Program-made: the position numbers and the translations under genes | Part shown: one piece after another, positions 20,522 to 30,238 of the stretch | Numbering within the stretch: the first letter of the stretch is position 1 | How the letters are laid out: every line of letters begins with the position of its first letter | The notes under the pieces: model-generated | Seen by the model: the letters and a program-made list of their open reading frames with translations, nothing else | Database searches by the model: none | What the model was told of the DNA's origin: nothing | Assembly: GCA_050250895.1 (NCBI GenBank) | Contig: JBFWNU010000001.1 | Location: forward strand, 2,564,891 to 2,628,890 | Direction: 5' to 3' | DNA from: Vulcanimicrobiota bacterium | Lineage (GTDB): Bacteria > Vulcanimicrobiota > Xenobia > Xenobiales > JADMJV01 | Length of the DNA: 64,000 nt

Positions 20522-21555
20522 AAGTTGCTCAACAGCTGAGCGGTGGGCAACACCGCCGCCAGGAAGAGAAAGGCCGTCAGACTACCCAGGACCGTCATCA
20601 TCAGGGGCTCGATCAGAGCTGTGGCCGTGGCCAGAGCCAGGTCGAGCTCCATTTCGTAAAGGGCGCAGGTGGTTCGGCTCATGGCCGCCAGGGTGGCTGT
20701 CTCTTCGCCGGCTTTGAGTAGCCCGGCCGGAATGCCGCCCAGCAGTTCGCATTCGACGATGGCCTCGCCCAGCCGCTCCCCGCCTTCGACCCGTTTGCGG
20801 GTGGCCATCAGTTGGGCGGCCACCACCCGATTACCGGACGCCCGCGCGGCCAGTTCTAGCGAGCTGAGCACATCGACTCCGGCCGACAGGCAACAGCCCA
20901 GCACGTAGAAGACTCTCACGGCCACGGTCTTGCGGGTGACGATAGACAGGCCCGGGGTCGAGAGCAAAAAGCGATCCCAGACCAGGCGCACGGCCGGACT
21001 GACCAGCCACTCTTGCAGGTAGGGGCCACAGCTCAACAGGAAGACCGGAATGGCCACCAGTTGGACCAGAAACAGTGGATGGCGTAGGATTTCTCCGACC
21101 CAGACCAGCAGACGCGTGGCCAGGGGCAACTGCAGGCGCAGCGACACGAACAGCTCGTTGAGGGCCGGCATGACGAAGGTCACGAAGGTCAGGGTGGTGA
21201 GCAAGAACGAGGCTACCAGGATGGCCGGATACACCATGGCCGAGGACAGCTTGCGGGCCAGCTCGGCCTGGCGTTCTTCGAGCTGGGCCAGGCGTTCGAT
21301 CATGCCCACCAGGGTGCCCGAGCGTTCACCGATCTCGAGCAGGGCGGTATAGGTGTCGGGAAAGACCTGGGGGAGCTCGCGCATGGCCCGCGACAGAGGC
21401 TGGCCCTGGCGCACGCGCAACGCAAGCAGGTCGCTGGCCTCGGTGAGTTTGGGACTCGACTGGCCGGCCAGGCTCAGCGCGTCTAACAGCGGAACACCGG
21501 TCCGCAGCATAAACGACAGCTGGCCACTAAAGACCGCCAGACCCCTCCGATCCAT
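20518..21555 (-). CDS. type II secretion / type IV pilus platform protein (GspF/PilC family)
   Basis: GVPLLDAL, GERSGTL, AMVYP, GEETATL and LIEP duplicated T2SSF domains. Confidence 0.92.
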   Translation of the reverse strand: MDRRGLAVFSGQLSFMLRTGVPLLDALSLAGQSSPKLTEASDLLALRVRQGQPLSRAMRELPQVFPDTYTALLEIGERSGTLVGMIERLAQLEERQAELARKLSSAMVYPAILVASFLLTTLTFVTFVMPALNELFVSLRLQLPLATRLLVWVGEILRHPLFLVQLVAIPVFLLSCGPYLQEWLVSPAVRLVWDRFLLSTPGLSIVTRKTVAVRVFYVLGCCLSAGVDVLSSLELAARASGNRVVAAQLMATRKRVEGGERLGEAIVECELLGGIPAGLLKAGEETATLAAMSRTTCALYEMELDLALATATALIEPLMMTVLGSLTAFLFLAAVLPTAQLLSNF

Positions 21556-21631
21556 CTTGTATGGTTACCGATTCGAGGGGGCTCCCCCTGCCGGTCGAGG
21601 AGTAGCCGACCAGTCGCGAGAAGGAGCCGTC

Positions 21632-24043
21632 TTGCAGACCTCGACCTCGTCACGATTGTTGCCGCTGGCCCTTTTGGCCTGTGCTGGTGGGTTGCTGGGC
21701 CTGGCCAGCGCCAACCCCCAGCCGGAACCGGCCTTGCTGGCTTTGTTGGCCGTGGGATGCCTGGCTCTGGAGGCGGCCGCTGCCAGCCTCGGCAATCTCG
21801 GTTTCGTGAGCGGGGCGGGAGCCTGCTATCTGGCCGCCGCTTTGAGCCCCCAGGTGGGGTATGGCTGGGCTTTGCTGCTCAGTCTGGGCGCTCTGGGTTT
21901 GCGCACCCTGCTGCGCGGGCAGGGACAGGGTAGCTGGCGGGTGATGGAGGGGCTGGTCGATTTGGTGCCGGTGACCCTGGCCTGTCTGGTTGGTTTGGGG
22001 CTGGGTTGGCTCTGGGCCAGTCCTCCAGCCTGGGCCGTGGCCCTGATTGTGCTCGAGGTCTATCTGCCCGCTGCCCTGGGTTTGCCCGGCTTGCTGGCCG
22101 CCGGACTGCCGCTAGAAGAGCGACCTTATTGGGCTCGCTGCCGGCGGGCGGTCACCCCGTTGGTGGTGGCCTCCGCCTTTCTAGGAGTGGCCGGGGCCAA
22201 GCTTTCCGGTCTGGGGCCCTGGCAGGTGCTCTGGATTGCTCCCGTGGCCGTCGCCCTGGCCACCCAGGTGGCCCGCAGCCTCGACGAGGTCGAACTGGCC
22301 GACCGCCAGACCCTGGCCGCCGAACTCGAATCGGTTCGTCGGGGCAAGGCCCGTGAGCAGGCTCAGGGCGACCGTTTGCGGCGCGAACTGCAGTCGAAGG
22401 TCGACGAGTATCTGGTGGTCGAGGAGTTATCGCTGGAACTGGCCGGCAGCCACACTGTCGACGAGTGCCTGGCGGTAGTGCTCGAGAAGCTGGCTCACAC
22501 GGTGGACTGCCAGAGCCTGGCTATCTTCGTTCCCGAGGACGAGCAGCTCGTGCCTTTGCGCTTTCGCAGCCCTTTTCAGACCCAATTGGCCGAGGCGCGC
22601 CTGCTGCGCAGCCGCGAGCCGCTGGTGGAGCAGTGCCAGCAAAGCGGTCGCCTCGAGACGCTGGGCCTGCCTGAACCAGCCGAGCGCCTCTTTCCTGGCG
22701 AGACGGTAGCGGTGGCCTTGCCCATCGAGGGTTTCGGCGTACTCTATGCCGGTCGTCGAGGCGATCCTTTCGGCTCCGAGCAACTCCGGCTGCTGGTCAT
22801 CGCCGCCACCCAGACCTCGGTGGCCGTTCGCTCGGCCTCGCGCCTGGAGTCTCAGCAACAGGCCTTGGATCTGCTCGAGCAGGCCAATGCCCGACTGGAG
22901 GAATGGAGCGGCGGATTGGCCCGTCTCATCGAGGGCACCCGGCTGGCGGCGGTGGCGCTAGACCCGGACGCTTTGCTTGAACTGTTGCCCCAAGAAATCG
23001 CCAAGCTCGCCCCTCACCACAGTCTGGTGGTGCTCACCCGCGACCGACGAGGGGCCGAGTACGAGCATCTCAGCGAGTTGATCCAGGCCGTAGGCGAGGG
23101 GGGTCGGCCGCTGCGCTTCGACGATCTCGAAGGGGCTCGTTTCGCCCCCATCAGCCAGGGGGAACGCAGCCTGTTGGCCATCCCTTTTGACGAAAGCGGG
23201 ATGTGGTTGCTGGGCCATCGCCAGGTGGGGGCCTTCGGTCAGGATCAGCAAGACCTGCTGGTGCTGCTGTCCTACCAGGCCGGAGCGGCCCTGCAGACGG
23301 CCCGTGCCCACAAGGAAACCACCGAGGCTTATCGGCTCTTGCAAGAGTCCAAGGCCCAGCTGTTTCAGTCGTCCAAGATGGCCGCCGTGGGCCAGCTGGC
23401 GGCCGGCGTGGCGCACGAACTCAACACCCCCCTGGGTAGCACCATCCTGGCCATCGAGGCGGCCGAGATGTTCATGGAGATGAGCCCGGATTCGGCCCGC
23501 GACAAGCTCTCCATTGCCTTGCGCGAAGCGCTGCGAGCCAAGGAGATCATCCACAAGATGCTTTACTATTCTCGCGATGCTCGTTACGGAAGACGCAGCG
23601 TCGACCTGGGCAAGGTCATCGCCGACACCCTCGGGCTCAACCAGCATCAGTTTTCCCTTGACGGCATCGAACTCGCCTCCGAACTGCAAGACGTGCCCAC
23701 CATCCATTGCAACGAAAACGAGATCCAGCAGGTCTTGCTCAACTTGCTGCTCAACGCTCGCGACGCTGTGGTCGGGCGCCCCGGAGCCCGGGTGGTGCTG
23801 GCCACCCGCCAGCAGGGCGACCGGGCTATCCTCGAGGTGCGTGACAACGGTCCCGGCATTGGCGAAGAGGAGGCCGAGCGTATCTTCGAGCCGTTTTTCA
23901 CCACCAAGCCGGTGGGCCGAGGCACCGGCCTGGGCCTGTCGGTGAGTCGTCAGATTGTCGAGAGTCACCAGGGCGAGCTGGTGTTGGCCGAAACCTCGCC
24001 GACGGGCAGCACCTTTCGAGTCAGTCTGCCCCTCAACGATTAA
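21632..24043 (+). CDS. membrane-bound GAF-GAF sensor histidine kinase
   Basis: Multiple TM segments, two GAF-like regions, [35 protein letters not shown]; start set at TTG after AAGGAG. Confidence 0.92.
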   Translation: MQTSTSSRLLPLALLACAGGLLGLASANPQPEPALLALLAVGCLALEAAAASLGNLGFVSGAGACYLAAALSPQVGYGWALLLSLGALGLRTLLRGQGQGSWRVMEGLVDLVPVTLACLVGLGLGWLWASPPAWAVALIVLEVYLPAALGLPGLLAAGLPLEERPYWARCRRAVTPLVVASAFLGVAGAKLSGLGPWQVLWIAPVAVALATQVARSLDEVELADRQTLAAELESVRRGKAREQAQGDRLRRELQSKVDEYLVVEELSLELAGSHTVDECLAVVLEKLAHTVDCQSLAIFVPEDEQLVPLRFRSPFQTQLAEARLLRSREPLVEQCQQSGRLETLGLPEPAERLFPGETVAVALPIEGFGVLYAGRRGDPFGSEQLRLLVIAATQTSVAVRSASRLESQQQALDLLEQANARLEEWSGGLARLIEGTRLAAVALDPDALLELLPQEIAKLAPHHSLVVLTRDRRGAEYEHLSELIQAVGEGGRPLRFDDLEGARFAPISQGERSLLAIPFDESGMWLLGHRQVGAFGQDQQDLLVLLSYQAGAALQTARAHKETTEAYRLLQESKAQLFQSSKMAAVGQLAAGVAHELNTPLGSTILAIEAAEMFMEMSPDSARDKLSIALREALRAKEIIHKMLYYSRDARYGRRSVDLGKVIADTLGLNQHQFSLDGIELASELQDVPTIHCNENEIQQVLLNLLLNARDAVVGRPGARVVLATRQQGDRAILEVRDNGPGIGEEEAERIFEPFFTTKPVGRGTGLGLSVSRQIVESHQGELVLAETSPTGSTFRVSLPLND

Positions 24044-24092
24044 CATCCGAGGGCCGCTCCACAACACCTTCACAACGGCTCTACTCTAGGCT
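24040..24092 (+). promoter_or_regulatory. regulon promoter copy 2
   Basis: TTAACAT-N12-CCACAAC-acct-TCACAAC-N10-TAGGCT. Confidence 0.75.
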
Positions 24093-24109
24093 AAGGGTGG
24101 AGGTATCGT

Positions 24110-25027
24110 ATGCGACCCATCAGCCATTTTCTTCACCGAGCCCACCGATCTCATCGTCATTCCAGCCGGCTCTCTCACCTGTTGGGCGGCTTTCGCGGCC
24201 TGCTGAGCCGCTGGCGCGGCCAGCAGCAGCCCACCCATCCTCTGTCGGCGGGCCAGCCTCGCTTTGGTCAATCCCGCCAGCCCCAGACCCGGCAGCCCCT
24301 GAACGATTTTCTGGGCGGCCAGACCGAGCCCTCACGGCCCAGTGGGCAGACCCGCGAGCAGGCCTTTCGCCAAAACATCGTCAAGGCGGCCGAACAGGCC
24401 GGGGACGGTTGGGCTTTCACACCCAGTCCCACCCCCCAGTTGCGCGATGACCGCGGCCGCTTGGTGGAGGGCAATGACTATTGGGAGTTGGCTCGCCAGG
24501 ACGACCATCAGGTGCTCAAGCTGCGCCAGGGCGCCGACGCCAGTCAGGCCGTCGACGATCTCTTCGAAAACAAGCAGCGTTACGCCCTCGACTGCGCCAC
24601 GGCCATCCGGGCGCTCGGTCTCAAAGCCGAGCTCGACACGGTCGGTCGAGACGACTTTTCGAACGCTCATCAAGACCTGAGCCTGTACGGCCATTATGAC
24701 AGCTTTGACCACAGCTTCGACAGCGGCGCCTGGGACATCACCGCCGGGCCCAGGATAGACTACGGGGCAGGCCCCGAGTTTGGTCGCTTCGACTCGAGCA
24801 ACGACCAGCTGGTGGCCGGCGATCTTCGTTACTTCGAGCACCCTGGCGATACCACCACGGCCAACCAGGGATGGAACGCCCTCTACCTTGGCCAGGACGA
24901 AAACGGTCAGGACCGTTTCTGGCGCACCGCCGGGGGAGCCTTCACCGGCGGCCTCGAGGGTCATTATCTTTCCAATCTGCGAGGGGTGCCCGATGGCGAT
25001 CAGTTGGCGGCCGTCGACCGGACCTGA
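24110..25027 (+). CDS. Tgl-like protein-glutamine gamma-glutamyltransferase (transglutaminase)
   Basis: AVDDLF...YALDCATA (catalytic Cys) and GDLRYFEHP...QGWNALYLG match the recalled Bacillus Tgl pattern YAFECATA / GD-x-x-YF-x-NP...GEN-x-x-x-LG; GGAGGT RBS. Confidence 0.75.
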   Translation: MRPISHFLHRAHRSHRHSSRLSHLLGGFRGLLSRWRGQQQPTHPLSAGQPRFGQSRQPQTRQPLNDFLGGQTEPSRPSGQTREQAFRQNIVKAAEQAGDGWAFTPSPTPQLRDDRGRLVEGNDYWELARQDDHQVLKLRQGADASQAVDDLFENKQRYALDCATAIRALGLKAELDTVGRDDFSNAHQDLSLYGHYDSFDHSFDSGAWDITAGPRIDYGAGPEFGRFDSSNDQLVAGDLRYFEHPGDTTTANQGWNALYLGQDENGQDRFWRTAGGAFTGGLEGHYLSNLRGVPDGDQLAAVDRT

Positions 25028-25039
25028 TATACTTTCCGA

Positions 25040-25423
25040 ATGAGGTGTCGGGGGTATAACCTGCTGGAGTTGGTGGTGGCTATCTCCATCATGGGCACGC
25101 TCATCGCCTTCATTGCACCGGTTTGGCCAGCCTCCAAGCGCACGGTGCTGCTCTCGGGTGACGCGGCCGCCGCCTGGCAGGTGGCCTCGAGCGAACTCGA
25201 AGCCACCCTGGCTCAGGGCTACGACGCCATGGCCGACCGTGACGGCGACGCCACCCGCTCGATGGTGGCGGCCGGGATCGAACGTTCCATCACCTATCTC
25301 TACGAGGTGCGCATCACCGACCTGCCGCCCGACATGCGGCGAGCCCACGTGACCGTCGTCTGGAACGACGGTCGCGACAATCACGAGGTCCAAGTTGAGA
25401 CAACCCTCACCGACCCCAACTAG
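25040..25423 (+). CDS. minor pilin/pseudopilin (PilV-like)
   Basis: Prepilin cleavage motif RG|YNLLE followed by a hydrophobic helix. Confidence 0.85.
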   Translation: MRCRGYNLLELVVAISIMGTLIAFIAPVWPASKRTVLLSGDAAAAWQVASSELEATLAQGYDAMADRDGDATRSMVAAGIERSITYLYEVRITDLPPDMRRAHVTVVWNDGRDNHEVQVETTLTDPN

Positions 25424-25997
25424 AGGCACCACCCTGGTCGAGGTGATGATCGCTTCGGCCTTGTTGCTATTGGTGATGGTCGGGCTGACCACCGTGTTCG
25501 TGGGGGCCTATCGCTATCAGCGGGCCACCACCTATCTCACCGAGGTGCAGAGCCAGAGCCTGTTGGCCACCTCTGCCGTTACCCGAGAACTGGCCGAAAG
25601 CAGCGCCGGCAGCGTCCGCATCGATTCGGCTCCGATGGGCATCGTGTTCGGTTCTCCGCGCGGGGTCGACGGCGCCCTGCTGCGCGATGCCGAAGGCAAC
25701 CCGCTGTGGCGCAAGCTAATCTGTTTTTACCTCGATACCATGAACGGCATCCCGGTGCTGGTGCGCAAGGAAGAGCTGCTGGCCAGCCCCGATACCAATC
25801 CGCCGGTGGTGCTACCCACCCAGGGCACGGCCTACTTCCAGGGTCTAGATGTTCCCCGCGAAGTGGTGGCCCGGCATGTCACCGGGTTCACCGTCTCAGG
25901 CACCAACCCCGTGGCTCTCGAGTTTGAGGTCAGTCGCTCGGACGGCCCTCGCCTCTTTGCCATCACCAATCAAATGCGGGTGCTGTTGCGAAATTGA
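25395..25997 (+). CDS. minor pilin/pseudopilin (PilW-like)
   Basis: RG|TTLVEVMIA prepilin motif. Confidence 0.85.
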   Translation: MRQPSPTPTRGTTLVEVMIASALLLLVMVGLTTVFVGAYRYQRATTYLTEVQSQSLLATSAVTRELAESSAGSVRIDSAPMGIVFGSPRGVDGALLRDAEGNPLWRKLICFYLDTMNGIPVLVRKEELLASPDTNPPVVLPTQGTAYFQGLDVPREVVARHVTGFTVSGTNPVALEFEVSRSDGPRLFAITNQMRVLLRN

Positions 25998-27211
25998 GCA
26001 GACGACGACAGATACAAGGCATCGGCCTGGCCATGGTCTTGATGGTGGGGCTGGTGTTGGCCATCCTGGCCGGCAGCACCCACGCCCAGGCCCTTTTCGG
26101 CTTGCGCCAGACCAATCGCTACGGAGCCAACCTCGAGGCGCGCTACGCCGCCCAGGCCGGCTTTCAAGTCGCCCTGAGCGAACTCAAACGCGACGAGAAT
26201 TTCGCCGGTCCGGTGGATGGCTCGGCCAGCTACGACCCTCGCCTGACCTATCACGTCGAGGTGCTCAACAATGCCACCGGAGTCAATCCCCTTCCGGCTC
26301 CCGACGGGAGTTTCGTGCCCCCGGGAGCGGTCGCCCTGACGGCCACGGCCGGACGCTCTCCCCAGCTGATCGTGATGAGCGCCCTGGTGACTCGGGAGGG
26401 CAGTGCCCCTCCCTTCCAGGCGGTTTTCGCCTCGAGCGGCATCGATATGTCCATGTCTAGCACCATTCGTCCCTGGGGCTCGGTGGCCGCTCCCATCCAG
26501 ATCGGCACCAACGTGGTCGGGGGCGGCGACATCGAACTGTCCATGAACTCCGAGATTCAGGGCGACGTCTTGTTGGGGCCGGGCGGCGACCCGGCCACCG
26601 CCGTCGATCTGGCCATGGGCTCGAGCATCAGCGGCAGCATCACCGCCGCAACCACGGCCACGGTGCTGGCCCCTCAGGCCCCGCCGCCGGTGACGCCTCC
26701 GCTTGCCTCGGTCGATGTCTCCATGGCCGACAAGCTCGCCATCCCGCCGGGAGCCTACAGCAGCATCGACGTTTCGACCGGCTCGCAACTGACGCTCAGC
26801 AGCGGCGTCTATTATGTCGACCACGACTTCGAACTTTCGTTGGGTACCTCGCTAAAGTGCGACATCACGGCCGGTCCGGTCGAACTGTATATCGGCGGCG
26901 ATTTCGACGCGGCCAGCAACTCGCAGATCAATGTGGCCGGCCCGCCCGACAATCTGCGGGTCTATCTGCTGGGCTCGAGCCCCGAGGTCGAGTTGAGTTC
27001 GAACTCGACCGCCCATATGGTTGTGTATGGGCCCGGCGCATCCCTTGATATGTCCACCAACTCGACGCTCATCGGGGCTTTCGTCGGTGACCGCATCGAG
27101 ATGAGCATGAATTCCAGGCTACTCTTTGATACCAGCCTGGCCGGCTCGACCCCGGCTACGCCCGGAAACGGGCGCTGGATCCTCTCCAGCCAAAAGGTTC
27201 TCTCGCAATAG
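25994..27211 (+). CDS. PilX-like protein with a C-terminal beta-rich domain
   Basis: RRRQIQG|IGLAMVLM lacking E5; ARYAAQAG motif; repeated SMNS/STNS strands. Confidence 0.8.
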   Translation: MSRRRQIQGIGLAMVLMVGLVLAILAGSTHAQALFGLRQTNRYGANLEARYAAQAGFQVALSELKRDENFAGPVDGSASYDPRLTYHVEVLNNATGVNPLPAPDGSFVPPGAVALTATAGRSPQLIVMSALVTREGSAPPFQAVFASSGIDMSMSSTIRPWGSVAAPIQIGTNVVGGGDIELSMNSEIQGDVLLGPGGDPATAVDLAMGSSISGSITAATTATVLAPQAPPPVTPPLASVDVSMADKLAIPPGAYSSIDVSTGSQLTLSSGVYYVDHDFELSLGTSLKCDITAGPVELYIGGDFDAASNSQINVAGPPDNLRVYLLGSSPEVELSSNSTAHMVVYGPGASLDMSTNSTLIGAFVGDRIEMSMNSRLLFDTSLAGSTPATPGNGRWILSSQKVLSQ

Positions 27212-27213
27212 TG

Positions 27214-27266
27214 TTAACATGGCCGGGCGGGACCACAACAGGTCCACAGCCCTGACCTCCTACAAT
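27214..27266 (+). promoter_or_regulatory. regulon promoter copy 3
   Basis: TTAACAT-N12-CCACAAC-aggt-CCACAGC-N10-TACAAT. Confidence 0.78.
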
Positions 27267-27293
27267 CGGATCAAAGCTATCCAGGAGGTCAGA

Positions 27294-28664
27294 ATGCAGA
27301 TTCCCACCAACGCCAACCACAACTCGATCCAGTTTCGCATGGTCGCTTTTAGCTTCCAGTCCAACCCTACGCCTGCCGTCGGTTCCAGCGACGGCTGGGG
27401 CAAAGGCTGGTCAGGGCGGACCGGTCGCGCCCTGGGCGGCCTCGAACTGGCTCGTCAGTTCTTGCAGGGCGGCCAGACTCGCCCCGACCTCTCGGGCCTC
27501 AGACAAGCCCTCGAGCAGCTGGGTCGCGGGCTAGCCGATTTCGCTGGCTCGTGTCACTGCTCGCACTCGGCTGCTCGGCCCAACCAGGCTCCGCCGGCCA
27601 ACGACGCGCCAACGCCGAACCAGGCGCCGAAAGCCAACCAGGCTCCCGCGGCCAACCACGCGCCAGCGCCGAACCAGGCGCCGCCGGCCAACTGCGCCCC
27701 CGCAGCCAATCAGGCTCCGGCAGCCAATCAGGCTCCCGCGGCCAACGACGCGCCCACGCCGAACCAGGCGCCGAAAGCCAACCAGGCTGCCGCGGCCAAC
27801 CACGCGCCAGCGCCGAACCAGGCGCCGAAAGCCAACCAGGCTCCCGCGGCCAACCACGCGCCAGCGCCGAACCAGGCGCCGAAAGCCGACCAGGCCCCGG
27901 CCGCCAACTACGCCCCGGTGGCCAACGAGGCGCCCAAGCCCAAGGCCGTCCCCTATCAAGAGCCCGAGCAGACGGGCAAGACCTGGGATGTCTGGTTTGA
28001 CCACCGCGACGGACAAGAGACCGACCGCCGTTCCCCCATCGTGCTTGACCTCAACGGCAACGGCAAAGCCGATATCACCGGCCAGAACGTGCTGGGCGAC
28101 GGCAAGATCACGGGACCGACCACGAAGTTCGATATCGATCCCACCCGCAACTCATATGAATACAAGAGCAACAGCGAAGCCCGCCGCAAGCTGAAAGACC
28201 GGGCCAAGGGCGAGGGCGGACGCTGGGAAGGCGACAAATACTACGGCCGCTCTGACAAGGTGCAGGGCGAGCTCAAATCGGACGGCCTCTATCACTACGG
28301 CAAAGTGGAAGAGCGCGAAGAGACCGAGTGGCTGGCCAAAAATGGCGGCGACGGCTTCTTGACCTGGGACGTCGACGGCAATGGCAAGATCGAGAGCAGC
28401 AAAGAACTCTTCGGCGAGTTCGATGTCGACGGAACCAAGAAATACTCTCACGGCTATCAGAAGCTGGCCGAGCATTTTGACGCCGACCATAACGGAGTGG
28501 TGGCCGGAGACGAACTGGCGGGCCTGACGGTATGGAAAGACGGCAATGCCGATGGTGTTACGCAAGAGGGTGAGCTTCTTGGCCTGCAAGAACTGGGCAT
28601 CACCTCGTTTGACGTGTCCAACATCAACCAGGCCGATATGAGCTCATCCTACACCTATCGCTAG
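27294..28664 (+). CDS. hexapeptide-repeat protein with a C-terminal EF-hand-like (SPIVLDLNGNG) Ca-binding domain
   Basis: AGGAGG RBS before ATG 27294; DVDGNGKIESSKELFG, DADHNGVV and DGNADGVTQEGEL loops. Confidence 0.85.
   Translation: MQIPTNANHNSIQFRMVAFSFQSNPTPAVGSSDGWGKGWSGRTGRALGGLELARQFLQGGQTRPDLSGLRQALEQLGRGLADFAGSCHCSHSAARPNQAPPANDAPTPNQAPKANQAPAANHAPAPNQAPPANCAPAANQAPAANQAPAANDAPTPNQAPKANQAAAANHAPAPNQAPKANQAPAANHAPAPNQAPKADQAPAANYAPVANEAPKPKAVPYQEPEQTGKTWDVWFDHRDGQETDRRSPIVLDLNGNGKADITGQNVLGDGKITGPTTKFDIDPTRNSYEYKSNSEARRKLKDRAKGEGGRWEGDKYYGRSDKVQGELKSDGLYHYGKVEEREETEWLAKNGGDGFLTWDVDGNGKIESSKELFGEFDVDGTKKYSHGYQKLAEHFDADHNGVVAGDELAGLTVWKDGNADGVTQEGELLGLQELGITSFDVSNINQADMSSSYTYR
27582..27941 (+). 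repeat. coding tandem repeat, 20 x 18 bp (N-[Q/D/H]-A-P-x-[A/P])
   Basis: Units such as NQAPKA, NQAPAA, NHAPAP and NDAPTP, with higher-order periodicity. Confidence 0.92.
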
Positions 28665-28685
28665 ACACAGGTGAGGGACTCAGAT

Positions 28686-28717
28686 GGACCGGGAGGACCC
28701 CGGTCCTCTTTTTTTTT
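28686..28717 (+). terminator. intrinsic terminator
   Basis: GGACCGGG-aggac-CCCGGTCC plus a T-run. Confidence 0.9.
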
Positions 28718-28733
28718 GCCGCGTCGAGAAGGC

Positions 28734-28760
28734 AAAAAAAAGGACCCCGCCATGGGGTCC
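28734..28760 (-). terminator. intrinsic terminator of the minus-strand small ORF
   Basis: GGACCCC-atggc-GGGGTCC followed by T8 on the minus strand. Confidence 0.88.
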
Positions 28761-28789
28761 AGGCACGCGCTGGGTCGACGGCGCGGCCG

Positions 28790-28924
28790 TCAGGCCGCTG
28801 TGGCCGGAGCCAGTTGGTATTGCCGAGGCTGAGAATCTTCGCGAGCCGTAACCAGATTGGTCTGGTTGGGGGTCTCGTTGGAAAAGGTCACACTGACTTG
28901 CATCAAGATGGTGGGACTGTGCAT
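28790..28924 (-). CDS. unannotated 44-aa peptide MHSPTILMQVSVTFSNETPNQTNLVTAREDSQPRQYQLAPATAA
   Basis: TAGGAGG RBS, regulon promoter upstream and its own terminator downstream. Confidence 0.7.
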   Translation of the reverse strand: MHSPTILMQVSVTFSNETPNQTNLVTAREDSQPRQYQLAPATAA

Positions 28925-28958
28925 CACGACTTCCTCCTAAGTTTTCTTGCTTGCCCTG

Positions 28959-29011
28959 ACTATAGAGGAGTGGTGCTGTCGAACTGTTGTGGGTGCCGAG
29001 ACGGTTGTAAA
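28959..29011 (-). promoter_or_regulatory. regulon promoter copy 4
   Basis: Minus strand TTTACAA-N12-CCACAAC-agtt-CGACAGC-N10-TATAGT. Confidence 0.78.
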
Positions 29012-29027
29012 CAGTGTGGGCCGTGAA

Positions 29028-29170
29028 ATGAAAGACCCGCGATTGCTCGCGGGTCTCTGAGGTCCGTATGGTCATCTATGAGAGCGGGCCAGGTCCACGC
29101 CAATTTCCCCGGCCCGCGAGACACGAGGCTGATGTGCAGGAGGGTCAGTTTCTCGTGTCCGCTGTATGTG
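29028..29170 (-). ncRNA. putative sibling sRNA copy A (about 143 nt, three hairpins, anti-SD loop)
   Basis: -10 TATTCT (29176-29181); hairpins GACACGAG/CTCGTGTC with loop CCCTCCTGCACA and GCGGGCCGGG/CCTGGCCCGC; terminator GACCCGCGA/TCGCGGGTC-TTT. Confidence 0.7.
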
Positions 29171-29252
29171 CCCTTAGAATACCGGGCCGAGGTTGGCCAC
29201 ATGTTGGAAGCGCAGACCGGGTGCGACAAAACGGTTGCCGGCAGGTAAAATC
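29028..29252. repeat. 225-bp direct repeat, copy A (partner at 30883-31107)
   Basis: Seven mismatches counted between copies, none inside the predicted RNA. Confidence 0.95.
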
Positions 29253-29277
29253 GGGAGAAGAACTGGAATTGATCAAG

Positions 29278-30238
29278 ATGGAGGACGTCCTCTTCGAAGC
29301 GGTCGCCGGTATCACGTCTCTCTTGCCGCAGGTGGACAGCGCGGTTCTTTTCGGGGACCGCCAGACTCGCCTGGTTTTGTCAGACAAGGCCGAGGCTTTC
29401 GAAGGGAAGCGCCTGGATACGCGCTGGCTAGAAAGCCTGCGTGAGCCGGTGGTGTTGGACGAGCCTGTGGTCGAGAGCGAGCCGTCGGCCTTGCTGCTGC
29501 CCCTGGTCCACCGCGACATCCCCCTGGCGGTGCTCTACCTGGGCGCCTCGACGCCCCAGGCCTTTAGCGCTGCCCATCGGGTGGTGGCCAGCCTGCTGAC
29601 ACCAACTCTGGTCTTGATTCTGAGCGAACAGTGGGCTCAATATTCCGACGCCCTGACGGGGCTCTACAGTCATAGCCTCTTCCAGCAGAAACTGTCCGAC
29701 GAGTTGGAGTGGTGTCCACACCCATCTGCGCGAGAGCTGTTTCGGCCTCTTCGAGATTGACCATTTCCGACGCCTCAATGATGCTTTCGGTCACCTGCGC
29801 GGCGATGAGATCTTGCTCGAGATGGCCCGATTACTGCGGAGCCAGACGGGCCCCAATGACCTGGTGGCTCGCTGGAAAGGCGACTGCTTCGCGGTTTGCT
29901 TTCGCGAGCAGGGTCTCGAGCGAGCCCTCGAGGTCTGCGAGAAGATTCGTGACCAGGTGGCCAGAGACTTTGGCGGGCGAAGACTGACCTTGTCGATTGG
30001 GCTAGGCTTGGGCCCACCCTTCGGGTCGAGACCGGCCCTGGTGGCTGCCGTCGAGGATGCCCTACGCCGGTCCAAGCAAGGTGGCGGAGACCGGCTTACA
30101 ATAGCTGACGGAAGAGACGGCGCGGGGCGTGGGGCCCGGTTGCCCCGTGGTCCGAAGGGCCCGACCCCGGCTTCAGAACGCAGGCGACTCGAGGATGAAG
30201 GCGAGGGAGGCGGGGCACCTAGCCCATCTCGGCGGTGA
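29278..30238 (+). pseudogene. frameshifted GAF-GGDEF protein with a degenerate active site (KGDCF)
   Basis: DALTGLY in one frame continues as FEIDHFRRLNDAFGHLRGDEILL in another; shift near 29716. Confidence 0.75.

Noticed and set aside
27582-27941. Tandem repeats as a CRISPR array
   Set aside because: The 18-bp in-frame units have no unique spacers, encode hexapeptides, and no cas genes are present in the window.
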